Assembly: GCF_006345805.1 (NCBI RefSeq)
Contig: NC_042997.1
Span: forward strand, 201,934,001 to 201,998,000
Length of the DNA: 64,000 nucleotides
Direction of reading: 5' to 3'
Origin: Octopus sinensis
Lineage: Eukaryota
Below the pieces are notes generated by a model. The model did no database searches. It was not told the DNA's origin and worked only from the letters and a program-made list of their open reading frames with translations. Of this stretch, positions 10,600 through 22,819 are shown in pieces; position 1 is the first letter of the stretch; every line of letters begins with the position of its first letter. The position numbers and the translations under genes are program-made.

Positions 10600-11112
10600 C
10601 AAGAGAAGAAATTCTCCTCATGGTGTCTCTTCAGAGACACAATTCTCAGCGGAGTCACACAGGGAACTGTATTGAGGCCACTACTATTTGTGGTGGCCCT
10701 CTCAAACATGCCCTCCACGGTGCAGTCAGCTAATCTGACCAGTTATGCTGATGACACAAAAGTATCGCAGGCACTGAGGAACCCAGAGGACATCATAAAA
10801 CTGCAGAAAGACCTGAATGAAATTTATAAAGGGGCTGACAAAAATAACATGCAGTTCAATACTATGAAATTTCAGGCACTCCACTTTTGATCTAACATCA
10901 GGCTAAAATTGGAATACACTGGACCAGAAGGTAATATGATCCCAGAGTCTGAGTCAGTGTGTGACCTGGGGTTCAAATCAGTAATGATGCAACATTCCAT
11001 GTGCATATTACTAAGATGGCAACACTGTGCAGGTGAGTGGTTGGCTGGATTCTGAGGACAATCAGAACCAGGAAAAGGGAGGCCCTGCTACTCCTATGGA
11101 ATACTTTCGTTT
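10600..11112 (+). pseudogene. CR1-clade reverse transcriptase fragment
   Basis: SGVTQGTVLRPLLF, SYADDTK, LQKDL...MQFN..KF, then DLGV...F.VHI...GWILR after stops. Confidence 0.9.
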
Positions 11113-11114
11113 CA

Positions 11115-11180
11115 GGGACATAAACACACCAGCATTGGTTGTCAAGTGATGTTGGGGGTGACAAACACAGACACACAAAC

Positions 11181-11229
<49 letters not shown>

Positions 11230-11400
11230 TACACATATATACGAAGAGCTTCTTTCAGTTTCCTTCTACCAAATCCACTTGCAAGGCTGTGGTTGGCCCA
11301 AGGTTATAGTACAAGTCACTTGCCCAAGGTGCCACGCAGTGGGACTGAACCTGGAACCATGTGGTTCATAAGCAAGCTTCTCACTGCACAGCCATTTGCC
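11115..11400 (-). mobile_element. SINE family 1 with internal (TA)n; a further decayed copy extends to ~11580
   Basis: Consensus match. Confidence 0.85.
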
Positions 11401-11779
11401 TAACTGCTAAATTATGTGGACATAAACAAACAAACACTGGTTGTTAAGCAGTTGTAGAAGGACAAATGCAAAGATGCTCACACTCTACTTCTCCAAGGTG
11501 TCATTCCATGGGACTGAACTCAAAGCCATTTGGCTGTAAAGTGAGCTTCTTAACCACACACCCATGTCTGTGCCTATACTTGTTAGTAATAAACTATATA
11601 CTTTCACTATGTACAGCCTCACCATTTCTTATTTTAAATTCTCAGAACTTCAAATGCTTTGTTTATGATATACAGAATTGTAGGTCTATTAGAGCTGACT
11701 AGGGTGCTTCTGTGTTGTTGCTAAACCTAAAAGAAATAGCAACCAGATTTCCCTCACACCATATCCATCGTAACTACCT

Positions 11780-11998
11780 ATTTCTTTACTACCCACAAGG
11801 GGCTAAACACAGAGAGGACAAACAGATTGAGTCGATTACATTGACCCCAGTGCGTAACTGGTACTTAATTTATCGACCCCGAAAGGATGAAAGGCAAAGT
11901 CGACCTTGGTAGATTTTGAACTCAGAATATAACAGCAGACGAAATACGGCTACGCATTTCACCTGGCGTGCTAACGATTCTGCCAGCTCGCCACCTTT
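11780..11998 (-). mobile_element. SINE family 2 with 16-bp TSD
   Basis: Central motif gtcgactttgcctttcatcctttcggggtcgataaat resembles the Nin/Deu-type domain; tccatcgtaactacct at both 11764-11779 and 11999-12014. Confidence 0.88.
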
Positions 11999-12633
11999 TC
12001 CATCGTAACTACCTTGAACAAAGAAAGGAATCGTTGGATGATGTAGTTCGTAAAAAGACATGATTGTCACAGATAGAATACATTTGATCATTGGTTTGCA
12101 GAATCCAAATTAATATCAGGCTAAAAACTACCACCATAGCAGAGTCATCTCTTTTTAATAACATTCGAGTCAGACTCACATTCCTCTCCCCCTGCCTACA
12201 TATTTTCTGTAGATTCGAAACTGTTGGTCAGTTCCTGTATCAGTAACATTAACATCTCGTCATTATGGGAAGAAATGAGTTACAAAGGTCATCTCCACTG
12301 GCTCTTCTCTTGACCATGTTATTAAAGAAAGAAAATAAAAGAAGCTTGGCTTTATTACATTTAAAGAATAGCTTGGGAAAGAGAAAGATGAAAATATATT
12401 CTTTCTAGTAACTAGTAATGTGTCACGAACTTACCCCCTGAGTCACTCCTCAGAGACATTAGTGAATAATAATTATTATAATATAGAGTAATTATTAAAT
12501 AATAATAATTACAAAGTATAGTAATTACATATCATAATAAAATTTAATTATACATGTTTCTAATTCACTCTTAATTTTAAGAATTAGAATGCAGTTTTGT
12601 TTCTTTCTATATAAAAACATTAATAACTTTCAG

Positions 12634-12720
12634 ATAACTCTGCTTATTAACCATAGATTATTTTATAAAGAGGATTAACTGTTACTACAAAATTTGATGA
12701 ACATTTAGTTATACTGAATG
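12634..12720 (+). other. Candidate non-coding (5' UTR) exon
   Basis: ctttcag acceptor and G|gtaagg donor; stops in all three frames. Confidence 0.3.
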
Positions 12721-12806
12721 GTAAGGATTCTTTTCTCTTTTGCTTGTGTTTTTTTTGCTTGTGGTTTTTTTTTTTTTTTTTTTTTTTACTGAATATTTTC
12801 TGTTAG

Positions 12807-12828
12807 AAAAATGTTCAAGCCTGTACAA
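12807..12828 (+). CDS. Candidate start-codon micro-exon (ATG at 12811, MFKPVQ, phase 0)
   Basis: Long poly-T tract with ttctgttag acceptor, and A|gtgagt donor; no homology recognised. Confidence 0.3.
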
Positions 12829-13499
12829 GTGAGTCTTTTCAAAGTGGCATTTTGAAATGAGCTACAAAGCTTTAAATTCTCTGGAACTTGTTATTTTGAT
12901 TAAAGATACTTATCTGAAACACATAATCAATGCACTAATAATACTAGACATTCGGAATTGCTCTTATTAAATAATTTTCGATGAAAGCTTGTTCGATATT
13001 TCTTAATAGACTTTAATGATTAGTTGTATAATTCACTTTTGAAAGAGAGCTACTAATAAAACTCTGCTGGTGATGTTAATCTGATTCTTAAATTATAGCC
13101 TGAAATTAGTTAGTGAGAACGAAGATAGTTATCAGTTGCATGAAATATTCGGTCTTCTCTTCTTTGGTATATTTTTTATTGATTAATATATCTTTTAAAT
13201 AGAATGGCAGATCATGCAGGCATGTGTGTTAGGGTGGGCGTGATGGTGGTTGGATATATTGTTTGAGAAGATAAGCAACTGGAGTTCCAGGTCTAGGATA
13301 ATGAGTTTGTATTCTGCTCTTACTCTTAATTCTTCTTCAGTGGCCATATTGTCATGCAGTCTTCAATGTTATCCCTTTTTTTTTTTTTTAGTCTAAATGA
13401 TGAAAACAAATAAGGGATTTTAGAGAGCAGAGCCACCCTTACACATTAATTACAATCTTCCATAGGTTACCTAGCCATTGACAAACTAAATATATGGAA

Positions 13500-15717
13500 C
13501 TGTAGTTCTCAAGTGGGGGGTCCATATAAGATTTTGTTGGGGTCTACATAAGCCAAATAGTAAATTGGTATCCACAGTATTATCAGTATTATTTAAACCC
13601 TTTCATTACTGTATTTCTTTTGAAATGCTTTGTGTTCTTTTCAATTACTTTAAATACAACAAAGAATTTAGTAAAATAACTTAGTTGTCATTCAGCTAGT
13701 GTTAGGAACATAAATTATGACTAAGGTTTAGTGGAAGATTTTAATTCAAAACTTATGAAAACAAGACATTTGTACTCAGAACCAGAGGTAGTTTCAGCCG
13801 GGTTGGTATCAAGAGTTAAATTAATCATTTGTTAACCCTTTTGTTACCATATTTATTTTGAGATGCTCTGTTTCTTTCAATTACTTTAAATATAACAAAG
13901 AATTTAGTAAAATAACTTAGTTGTCATTCAGCTAGTGTTAGGAACATAAATTATGACTAAGGTTTAGTGGAAGATTTTAATTCAAAACTTATGAAAACAA
14001 GACATTTGTACTCAGAACCAGAGGTAGTTTCAGCCGGGTTGGTATCAAGAGTTAAATTAATCATTTGTTAACCCTTTTGTTACCATATTTATTTTGAGAT
14101 GCTCTGTTTCTTTCAATTACTTTAAATTATAACAAAGAATTTAGTAAAATAACTTAGTTGTCATTCAGCTAGTGTTAGGAACATAAATTATGACTAAGGT
14201 TTAGTGGAAGATTTTAATTCAAAACTTATGAAAACAAGACATTTGTACTCAGAACCAGAGGTAGTTTCAGCCGGGTTGGTATCAAGAGTTAAATTAATCA
14301 TTTGTTAACCCTTTTGTTACCATATTTATTTTGAGATGCTCTGTTTCTTTCAATTACTTTAAATATAACAAAGAATTTAGTAAAATAACTTAGTTATTGT
14401 TAAGCTAGTGTTAGGAACATAAATTGTGACTAAGTTTTTGGTGGAAGATTTTAATTCAAAACTTATGAAAACAAGACATTTGTACTCAGAACCAGAGGCG
14501 GTTTCAGCCGGGTTGGTATCAAGAGTTAAATTAATCATTTGTTAACCCTTTTGTTACCATATTTATTTTGAGATGCTCTGTTTCTTTCAATTACTTTAAA
14601 TATAACAAAGAATTTAGTAAAATAACTTAGTTGTCATTCAGCTAGTGTTAGGAACATAAATTATGACTAAGGTTTAGTGGAAGATTTTAATTCAAAACTT
14701 ATGAAAACAAGACATTTGTACTCAGAACCAGAGGTAGTTTCAGCCGGTTGGTATCAAGAGTTAAATAATAATCATTGTTAACCCTTTTGTTACCATATTT
14801 ATTTTGAGATGCTCTGTTTCTTTCCAATTACTTTAAATATAACAAAGAATTTAGTAAAATAACTTAGTTATTGTTAAGCTAGTGTTAGGAACATAAATTG
14901 TGACTAAGTTTTGGTGGAAGATTTTATTCCAAAACTTATGAAAACAAGACATTTGTACTCAGAACCAGAGGCGGTTTCAGCCGGGTGGTATCAAGAGTTA
15001 AATTAATCATTTGTTAACCCTTTTGTTACCATATTATTTTGAGATGCTCTGTTTCTTTCAATTACTTTAAATAACAAAGAATTTAGTAAAATAACTTAGT
15101 TATTGTTAAGCTAGTGTTAGGAACATAAATTGTGACTAAGTTTTTGGTGGAAGATTTTAATTCAAAACTTATGAAAACAAGACATTTGTACTCAGAACCA
15201 GAGGCGGTTTCAGCCGGGTTGGTATCAAGAGTTAAATTAATCATTTGTTAACCCTTTTGTTACCATATTTATTTTGAGATGCTCTGTTTCTTTCAATTAC
15301 TTTAAATATAACAAAGAATTTAGTAAAATAACTTAGTTATAATTAAACTGGTGTTAGGAACATAAATTGTGACTAAGGTTTGGTGGAAGATTTTAATTCA
15401 AAACTTATGAAGACAAGACAAATGTACTCAGAGCCAGTGGCAGTTTTGGCCGGGTTGGTAATGAAAGGGTTAAGAGTCCATGAAAAAAATTTGCTATAGA
15501 TATATTTATTGTAAGAAACAGCTAGGTTTCTTTCTCTAATGTTTTACATAGTTCAAACTACATAAGTGAATGTGTGATAAACAGAATAGGAATTTTGAAA
15601 GAAATATGTATAAAATTAAACTTTAAGGATTAAAAGGCTACGGGGCAGAGCCACCAGAATAAAATAGTAATCAAGAAACTCATAGATAAAAAAACAAAAA
15701 ACAGTTGAGAACTACTG
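13500..15717. mobile_element. hAT-like MITE hosting the tandem array
   Basis: TIR ctgtagttctcaa / ttgagaactactg; similar start at 28399; no TSD found. Confidence 0.6.
13593..15473. repeat. Tandem array of 8 piggyBac-type MITE monomers, period ~236 bp
   Basis: Outer ends TTAA(a)ccctttcattac / gtaatgaaagggTTAA; each unit is bounded by ttaacccttt...gagttaa. Confidence 0.92.
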
Positions 15718-15722
15718 TACTA

Positions 15723-15882
15723 TATTATAGATCTATTTCAGCTGATTTTACCAATCAGAATGAGATAATTAGTATGTTTTCCTTACCAGCCCCTCTGATG
15801 AGTGCTGTCTTAGGTTATCACTCAATTACCTAATTCAGGCACAAAACTGATTGGTAAAATCGGCTGAAATGGATCTATAATA
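15723..15882 (+). ncRNA. 36-bp inverted repeat enclosing a CpG-decayed hammerhead-like motif
   Basis: CTGATGA at 15795-15801; stem II gtgc/gcac with inner ttaggt/acctaa; then AAAA-C-TGATTG-GTA, consistent with decayed GAAACCGATCGGTA. Confidence 0.5.
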
Positions 15883-16354
15883 CTATTTTATGAATATTGA
15901 TATATCCATTCTATTGACAAATATACGAGTGCTGCCTTTTTCCAGACTTATGGATTCTCAGCTCTCTCTCTCTCATATATATTTGTGTGTGTGTGTGTGA
16001 GATTGATTTAATATTATCTGAGTAATAACCTTATAGCATGCTTTCCAAAGCTGCTCCACAGGTATTGGCTACCAAATGCTTTCTCTTAATATACATATGA
16101 AAATCCATGAGTATCTGTAGAGTATATACCAAACAATTTTGATATATGAGAAGATGGAATGAACATGCTTTATTACAAATCACTACAATTGTTTCAGTGC
16201 ACCATTATCAGCTGGTAATTGCTGAATGTTACTTATATTATATGCAATATTGCATTAATATGATCCAACAATAGCAGCTTACATGCATGTCTTCAGGTGA
16301 GAAGGTTCCAAAGCACTGCTAGAACATCTTTAGTTTCTCATTGCTTTTTTTGCA

Positions 16355-16745
16355 TAGGAGTGGCTGTGTGGTAAGTAGCTTGCTTACAAACCACATGGTT
16401 CTGGGTTCAGTCCCACTGTGTGGCACCTTGGGAAAGTGTCTTCTACTATGACCTCGGGCCGACCGAAGCCTTGTGAGTGGATTTGATAGACGGAAACTGA
16501 AAGAAGCCCGTCGTATATATGTATGTGTATATGTTTGTGTGCCTGTGTTTGTCGCCCCAACATCGCTTGACAACTGATGCTGGTGTGTTTACGTCCCCGT
16601 AACTTAGCGGTTCGACAAAAGAGACCGATAGAACAAGTACTAGGCTTACAAAGAATAAGTCCTGGGGGTGATTTGCTCGACTAAAAAAGGTGGTGCTCCA
16701 GCATGGCCACAGTCAAATGACTGTAACAAGTAAAAGACTAAAGAG
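16355..16745 (+). mobile_element. SINE family 1, full length
   Basis: Consensus match. Confidence 0.9.
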
Positions 16746-17043
16746 TATATATCTTACAGGTAATAAAACACAATGTATTTCACATTGATCACACCTGTAG
16801 AGGGAAACTAAAGCGACATACAGCAGGAGTGAGTGACAGTGAGAGATGCTAAATGCAGGTGAACAATAATGTTTCCAATCAAGATGTTACAACTGTACCT
16901 GATTGTTCAATGTTTCACTTCTGGATATGCTTATTCAGTTGCTGAAATTTATCATTTGTTTCTCCCACTGATTTGATGTGCCACTTTTTTTAACATTAAT
17001 AAGACTTTATTTACCTTATTTACATTTGACGGATAATGTAAAT

Positions 17044-17362
17044 CATCGTCATCATCGTTTAACGTCCATTCTCCATGCTAGCATGGGTTGGACGGTTCGA
17101 CCGGGGTCTGGGAAGCCAGGAGGCTGCACCAGGCTCCAGTCTGATCTGGCAGTGTTTCTACAGCTGGATGCCCTTCCTAACACCAACCACTCCGTGAGTG
17201 TAGTGGGTGCTTTTTACGTGCCACCAGCACAGGTGCCAGGGGAGTCTGGCAGCGGCTATGATCAGTTGGTGCTTTTAACGTGCCACCAGCACGGAAGCCA
17301 GTCAGGGTGGCGCTGGCATTAGCCACGTTTGGATGGTGCTTTTTATGTGCCTCCGGCACAGA
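17044..17362 (-). mobile_element. RTE 3' end, subfamily B
   Basis: gaccggggtctgggaagccaggaggctgcaccaggctccagtctgatc variant plus tail. Confidence 0.88.
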
Positions 17363-17560
17363 TAATGTACATAATTCCTCATCTCTCAAATATAGAACTG
17401 TATTAATAAGACTGTCTACATTTTTGACAACATGTATATGCTAGTATATATATATATTATTTATATATATAAAGGCCAGCATGGAAAGTGAATGTTAAAT
17501 GATGATGAAATGTTCCTACTCTTTTTGTATATGTCTGCATCCTGTTGGAGATAGATGAAA

Positions 17561-17614
17561 ACAATTGCCATGCTGATGATGCCTATTGAGGCAGAAACAT
17601 GTTTCAGCAATTGT
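17561..17614 (+). ncRNA. Minimal type I hammerhead-like motif
   Basis: acaattgc..CTGATGA TGCCT attg AGGCA GAAA CATG TT..gcaattgt: perfect core, 5-bp stem II, palindromic ACATGT stem III. Confidence 0.6.
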
Positions 17615-18084
17615 CCCCTTATCTGCAGACAGTAAAATAATCCTTTCCCTTCTACTAGTATTCTTATAATTTCTAAACAGTTTGTTGCATTTTAATTTTC
17701 TTCTCTTAAATAACATCTGTATTAATAATTTCGACTAATTATATACATGTATATCCTGTTTCTTCTCCTTCACTTGCCTGTTCTTTAATAACTTTAGCTT
17801 TCTGGAATATTAGTTGCTATTTTGATTAAGATTTAAATAAATCACAAAATTAAATGTACAGTTGGACTACTTTTGCCAGATAATTATTTATTATATCTCA
17901 CTGTAACAATGTCTTTCAGTTTTCTACTTCACTTCATCATTTTAGTGTCGCTAATTTCAATTATTTAATATGCTCTCTGAAAATTTTAATGAGGTATAAT
18001 TCTTGTATTGTTTACTACTGCTACTACTACTACTACTACTACTGATAATAATAACAACAACAATAATAATAATAATGAATGATG

Positions 18085-18188
18085 AAGGCAACCAGGATAT
18101 TGCCCTACCTGGGGATGTACAAGTGGATGTTAAAGATCTGGGAAAAACTGAGAAGTACAAGCCACTAAAAGATGTCATTGCATGAATG
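18085..18188 (+). pseudogene. Fragment of the restriction-like endonuclease domain of an R4/Dong-like LINE, next to (AAT)n
   Basis: DIALPGDVQVDVKDLGKTEKYKPLKDVIA resembles the DxAxPxD...KExEKxxKY..L..EI motif. Confidence 0.6.
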
Positions 18189-18345
18189 CAGGCCAGTGGT
18201 TCCCAACCTTTTCACTACCAAGGACCCCTTTTATTTGAATGAGTTTTCCCACGGACCCCTTTTAAATTTTATCCTTATGTATCATCATCATTATGGACCT
18301 TGACAGAATTTGAACTCAGAAGGTAGCAACTGGTAAAATACTACC

Positions 18346-18379
<34 letters not shown>

Positions 18380-18381
<2 letters not shown>

Positions 18382-18590
18382 GTTTCAAATTTTGGCACAA
18401 GGCCAGCAAGTTTTGGAGAGGAGCTAAGTTGATTACACTGACTCCAGTGTTCAACTGGTACTTATTTTATCAACTCCAAAAAGATGGAAGGCCAAGTCAA
18501 CCATGGCAGAATTTGACCCAGAATATAAACACAGTTGAAATGCTGCTAAGCATTTTTCCCAGCCTGCTAACAACTCTTTCAGCTTGCCAC
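18380..18590 (-). mobile_element. SINE family 2, decayed
   Basis: Consensus match. Confidence 0.75.
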
Positions 18591-18884
18591 CATCATCATA
18601 CATCTGCTTTCCATGTTGTCATGGGTTGGATGGGTCATCGTAGATCGAGTCAGTCCTCATTCTAAGTTATTCCCTTTCCAGGCCTTATCTGCTTGATTTT
18701 TTTTTTTGTTTCCTCCACTTGGATGCTCTTCTTTATACCAACCAGCTTACAGAATGAACTGGGTGCGTTTTAACATGGCACCAACACTAGAGAGATTACA
18801 GTGTCTTCAACAAGACAGAATTAAGGGTCCTGTTAACCCCATGATGCTTCCACTTGTCTGTCAACCACTTGAAAAGGTTTAATG

Positions 18885-19340
18885 GAGACATTTTAGCCAG
18901 CGCCACCTTGACTGACTTCCGTGCACGTAAAAAAGCACCAACCGATCATGGCCGTTGCCAGCCTCACCTGGCACCTGTGCCGGTGGCACATAAAAAGCAC
19001 CCACTACACTCATGGAGTAGTTGGCGTTAAGAAGGGCATCCAGCTGTAGAAACACTGCCAGATCAGACTGGAGCCTGGTGCAGCCTCCTGGCTTCCCAGA
19101 CCCCTTCCTAATGCTAACCACTCCGAGAGTGCAGTGGGTGCTGTTACGTGCCACCTGCACATCATTGTATAACATCCATTTTCCATGCTGTCATGGGTTG
19201 GACAGTTTGACCAGGGCTAACCAGCTGGGAAGCTGTCTAGCTTCCAATTGTCTGTCATGGCATGGTTTCTACAGCTGGATGCCACTTCCTAATGCCAACC
19301 ACTTTACAGAATGTGCAGGATGCTTTTTCCATGCCACCGC
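18885..19340. mobile_element. Rearranged RTE 3' cluster: plus copy 18885-19104, inverted segment 19102-19155, minus copy 19165-19340
   Basis: Orientation switch at ...cccagacccc|ttcctaatgctaaccactccgag. Confidence 0.75.
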
Positions 19341-20003
19341 GAAAAAAGTAGTAAAGTAATATTTAATGTCAATAAATATATTTTTATCACAAATATATTT
19401 TTAATGTCAATAATGTTGTAATTTTATAGCAGAATCTTTAGTTTATAACTAAAATGTATTTTTAATGTCAATAGTACTGCATTTTTAAGGAAAGATTATT
19501 TTCCCCCTGAGCTGAACATTGTATTTTATGGAGAAATTATATTATCAAGAAAGCATTTTTGTCTAAATTTTAATATTTTTGTTAAATTTGTATAAATATT
19601 CACTCAGGACATATTCATTGCAGCATATAATCTGTGCTAATTATTTTGATTTAATTGAATGTTTAAAAAAAATATTTATTGACAATAAGATTTGAATTGA
19701 AAATAAAAGTTTAATTGTAATTATAACTTTACCAGAACTAGATAGGTCAGTTGTGCAGATTGCACACATTTAATTACCAAATGATCTTTAGATAATAAAG
19801 CATGTTCTGCTTTGCACTTTTCATTAAAAGTAAAATGTGTCTATTTGCTCAGAACACAAGAAACTTTTTAATTTTTTATAAGCCATAAAAACAAGACACA
19901 AACCTCAAAAGACGGATTACAGTTAATCATATGCTGCTTGGAATAACAAATTACACAGTTGCCCCCTTTAAAAGAAATACACAACTATAACAAAAACAAC
20001 AAC

Positions 20004-20034
<31 letters not shown>

Positions 20035-20074
20035 GGAGAAAACAAAGTAAATGAATATTGTAAAATGTCTATAA

Positions 20075-20460
20075 GCACAAGTGTGGTTGTGTGGTAAGAT
20101 GCTTGTTTCTCAGCCACATGGTTCCAGGTTCAGTCCCACTGTGACATCTTGGGCAAGTGTCTTCTACTATAGCCTCAAGGCAACAAAAGCCTTGGAAATG
20201 GATTTGGCTGATGGAAACTGAAAGAAGCCTGTCATTGTGTGTGTGTGTGTCTTTGTGCTTGTGTTTGTCCCTCACCACTGCTTGACAACTGGTGTTCATG
20301 TGTTTACATCCCTGTAACTTACCAGTTCAGCAAAAGGGACTGATAGAATAAGTACCAGGCTGAACAAGAAGTAAGTACCGGGGTTAGTTTGTTATACTAA
20401 ACCCTTCAAGGCGATGCCCCAGCATGGCTGCAGTCTAATAATTGAAATAAGTGAATTAGA
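20075..20460 (+). mobile_element. SINE family 1, decayed
   Basis: Consensus match. Confidence 0.8.
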
Positions 20461-20477
20461 ATAAGAATAGCCTGGGC

Positions 20478-20755
20478 AATGTTCAGAAAGCTCCTACATC
20501 TACTGGTGGCAAAGAGCCTCTCACTCAGGGTGAAAGGTAGATTGTATGATGCATGTGTGAAAACTGCCATGCTACACGACTGTGACTGCTGAAGACATGT
20601 GTAGGCTTGAAAGAAATGAAGCTAGTATGATCCGCTGGATGTGTAATGTCAGTGTGCACACACAGACAGAGTATAAGCACCCTGAGAGAAATGTTAAAAT
20701 AAGAAGCATCAAATGTGGTGTGCAAGAGATATGACTGTGCTGGTATGGTCATTTG
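20478..20755 (+). pseudogene. Decayed RTE RT C-terminal fragment, same family as 1107-1746
   Basis: LHLLVAKSLSLRVKGRLYDACVKTAMLH...RLERNEASMIRWMCNVSVH...WYGH. Confidence 0.85.
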
Positions 20756-21162
20756 TAGGGAGAGTTAAGTCGATTACATTGCCCCCAGTGTTTATCAACC
20801 CCAAAAGAATGAAAGGCAAAGTCAACCATGGCAAAATTTGAACTCAGAACGTAGCAATGAGTGAAATAACACTAAGCATTTTGCCCAGCATGCTAACGAT
20901 TCTGCCAACTCGCCACCGTAAGGTAAAAGCATAGTAATAATAATGATCCTTTCTTCTAAAGGCACAAGGCCTGAAATTTTGGGGAGGGGACTACTTAATT
21001 ACATCGACCCCCAGTGTTTCACTGGTACTTAATTTATCGACCCTGAAAGGATGAAAGGCAAAGTTGACCACAGCGTAATTTGAACTCAGAATGTAGTAAC
21101 AGGCAAAATACCACTAAGCATTTTGCCTGGTGTGGTAACGATTCTGCCAGCTTGCCACCTTA
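20756..21162 (-). mobile_element. Two adjacent SINE family 2 copies
   Basis: Both contain gaaaggcaaagtc/tgacc...tttgaactcagaa. Confidence 0.8.
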
Positions 21163-22149
21163 AGTAAAAACATAGTAATGATGATGACGATGATGATGAT
21201 GATGCTGACTACTGTTATAGAAATGCTTTGATATTAAGGTTGAAAAAAATTGACCTTGTTTGTAAAAAAATAAATTTGGTCATGGGTTTGCAACCCCTAA
21301 ACAAGTTTGATTCCTGCCCTCACGAACTCCTTATAAATGTTAATGAAATTACAGCAAATTCACCCTTGAAACATTTGTACCTTGATATAGCGTCAGTTAA
21401 GTTTCCATTATCTATCAAACAAGCCTAGCATTGTACAAAGATGTCAACTTCAAACTGTTAACTGTCAAGGCAGTTCAGTTAATGTTATTCTGACATTTTC
21501 CTCTGTATTTTACTCATGGAGATGGCACTTGCACTGGGAGAACTCCAAATTCAGAGCAATATCATTTATTGTAAGAAAATCCTATATCAAGTATCCAAAA
21601 CTGTTTCCTTTGGCAAATTGCTTGTGATAAATCCTTAAATTGTTATAATACATACACACATACATACATACATACGTACATACATACATATATTATATAA
21701 CTTGAGGCAAATTATATGCATGGTTTAACTTAGTTTATCGTTTACAGTAAACTCTATGTATTAAGTTTGTATCTCAAATAGAAAAAGTTAGAATACATAT
21801 CAAATATGTGATGGATAAATGTTGAAGTTTTGTACAATTTGAAAGATTTAATGGAATATATGTTCATATAGATATTTATGGAACTAATTTAGTTTGCTTT
21901 TTTATATATTATGTGTTCTATACATAAAACAAAATAAAATATTTTTTTATTCTGAGAAAACTTATGAAAATATGGAAATTGTATCCTTGTCCAAAACACC
22001 ACTAGTGATGCGTGTGTGTGTGTGTGTGTGTGCATATGAAAAACATGTCACACAGGGATATCAAAGGAATTTATGAAGGGCTTGGGGACATAAATGAATG
22101 CAAACAAACCCAGCTTGTCATTGATTGGTGACTAACACATACAGGTACA

Positions 22150-22655
22150 TACACACAAGTATGGCTGCCTGGTTATGAAGCTTGCTTTGCAACTACATCG
22201 GTTTGAGTTCAGCCCCACTGCATAGCATCTTACATAAGTGTCTTCTACTATAGCTCCAGGCTGACCAATGCCTTGTGGGAAGACTTGAGAGATGGAAACT
22301 GCGTGGAAGACAGTTGTATATATGTGTGTAGCTTTGCTGCCTCCACCCCCAATCCTTCATAACCAGTTGTGGTTGTTTACATCCCCATAATTAGTAGTCC
22401 AGTTAAAGAGACCAATAGAGTAAGTGCCTTCATCATCATCATCATCAGCGTTTAATGTCTGCTTTCCATGCTGGCATGGGTTGGACGACTTGACTGAGGA
22501 CTGTACCAAGCTCCAATCTGATCTGACAAGGTTTCTACAGCTGGATGCCCTTTCTAAAAACTAAGGACTGGGGTTCGTTTGTTCAACTAAACCTTTCAAG
22601 GTGGTGCCCCAACATGGCCACAGTCCAATGACTAAAATACGTGAAAGATAGAAGA
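22150..22655 (+). mobile_element. Old SINE family 1 copy interrupted by a minus-strand RTE 3' end (22431-22555)
   Basis: SINE consensus resumes after the RTE piece. Confidence 0.75.
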
Positions 22656-22819
22656 CTCGTAATAATTACACAGAATCATTAGAGCATTTAGATATTTAGA
22701 TAAAAGCACAAAAAGCAAGCCTTCGGCTATTTGTTGTGGCTCTTTATATCCTGAGTTCAAATCCTACCCAAAACAACTTTACATTTCATCCTGCCATAGT
22801 TTATAAAAAAAAACAAGGG

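Noticed and set aside
12420-12460. Minus-strand CTGAGGA-GTGAC motif
   Set aside because: The second GTGAC is a direct rather than inverted repeat, and there is no GAAA.
13593-15473. CRISPR-like array
   Set aside because: Whole 236-bp units repeat; eukaryotic context with no cas genes.
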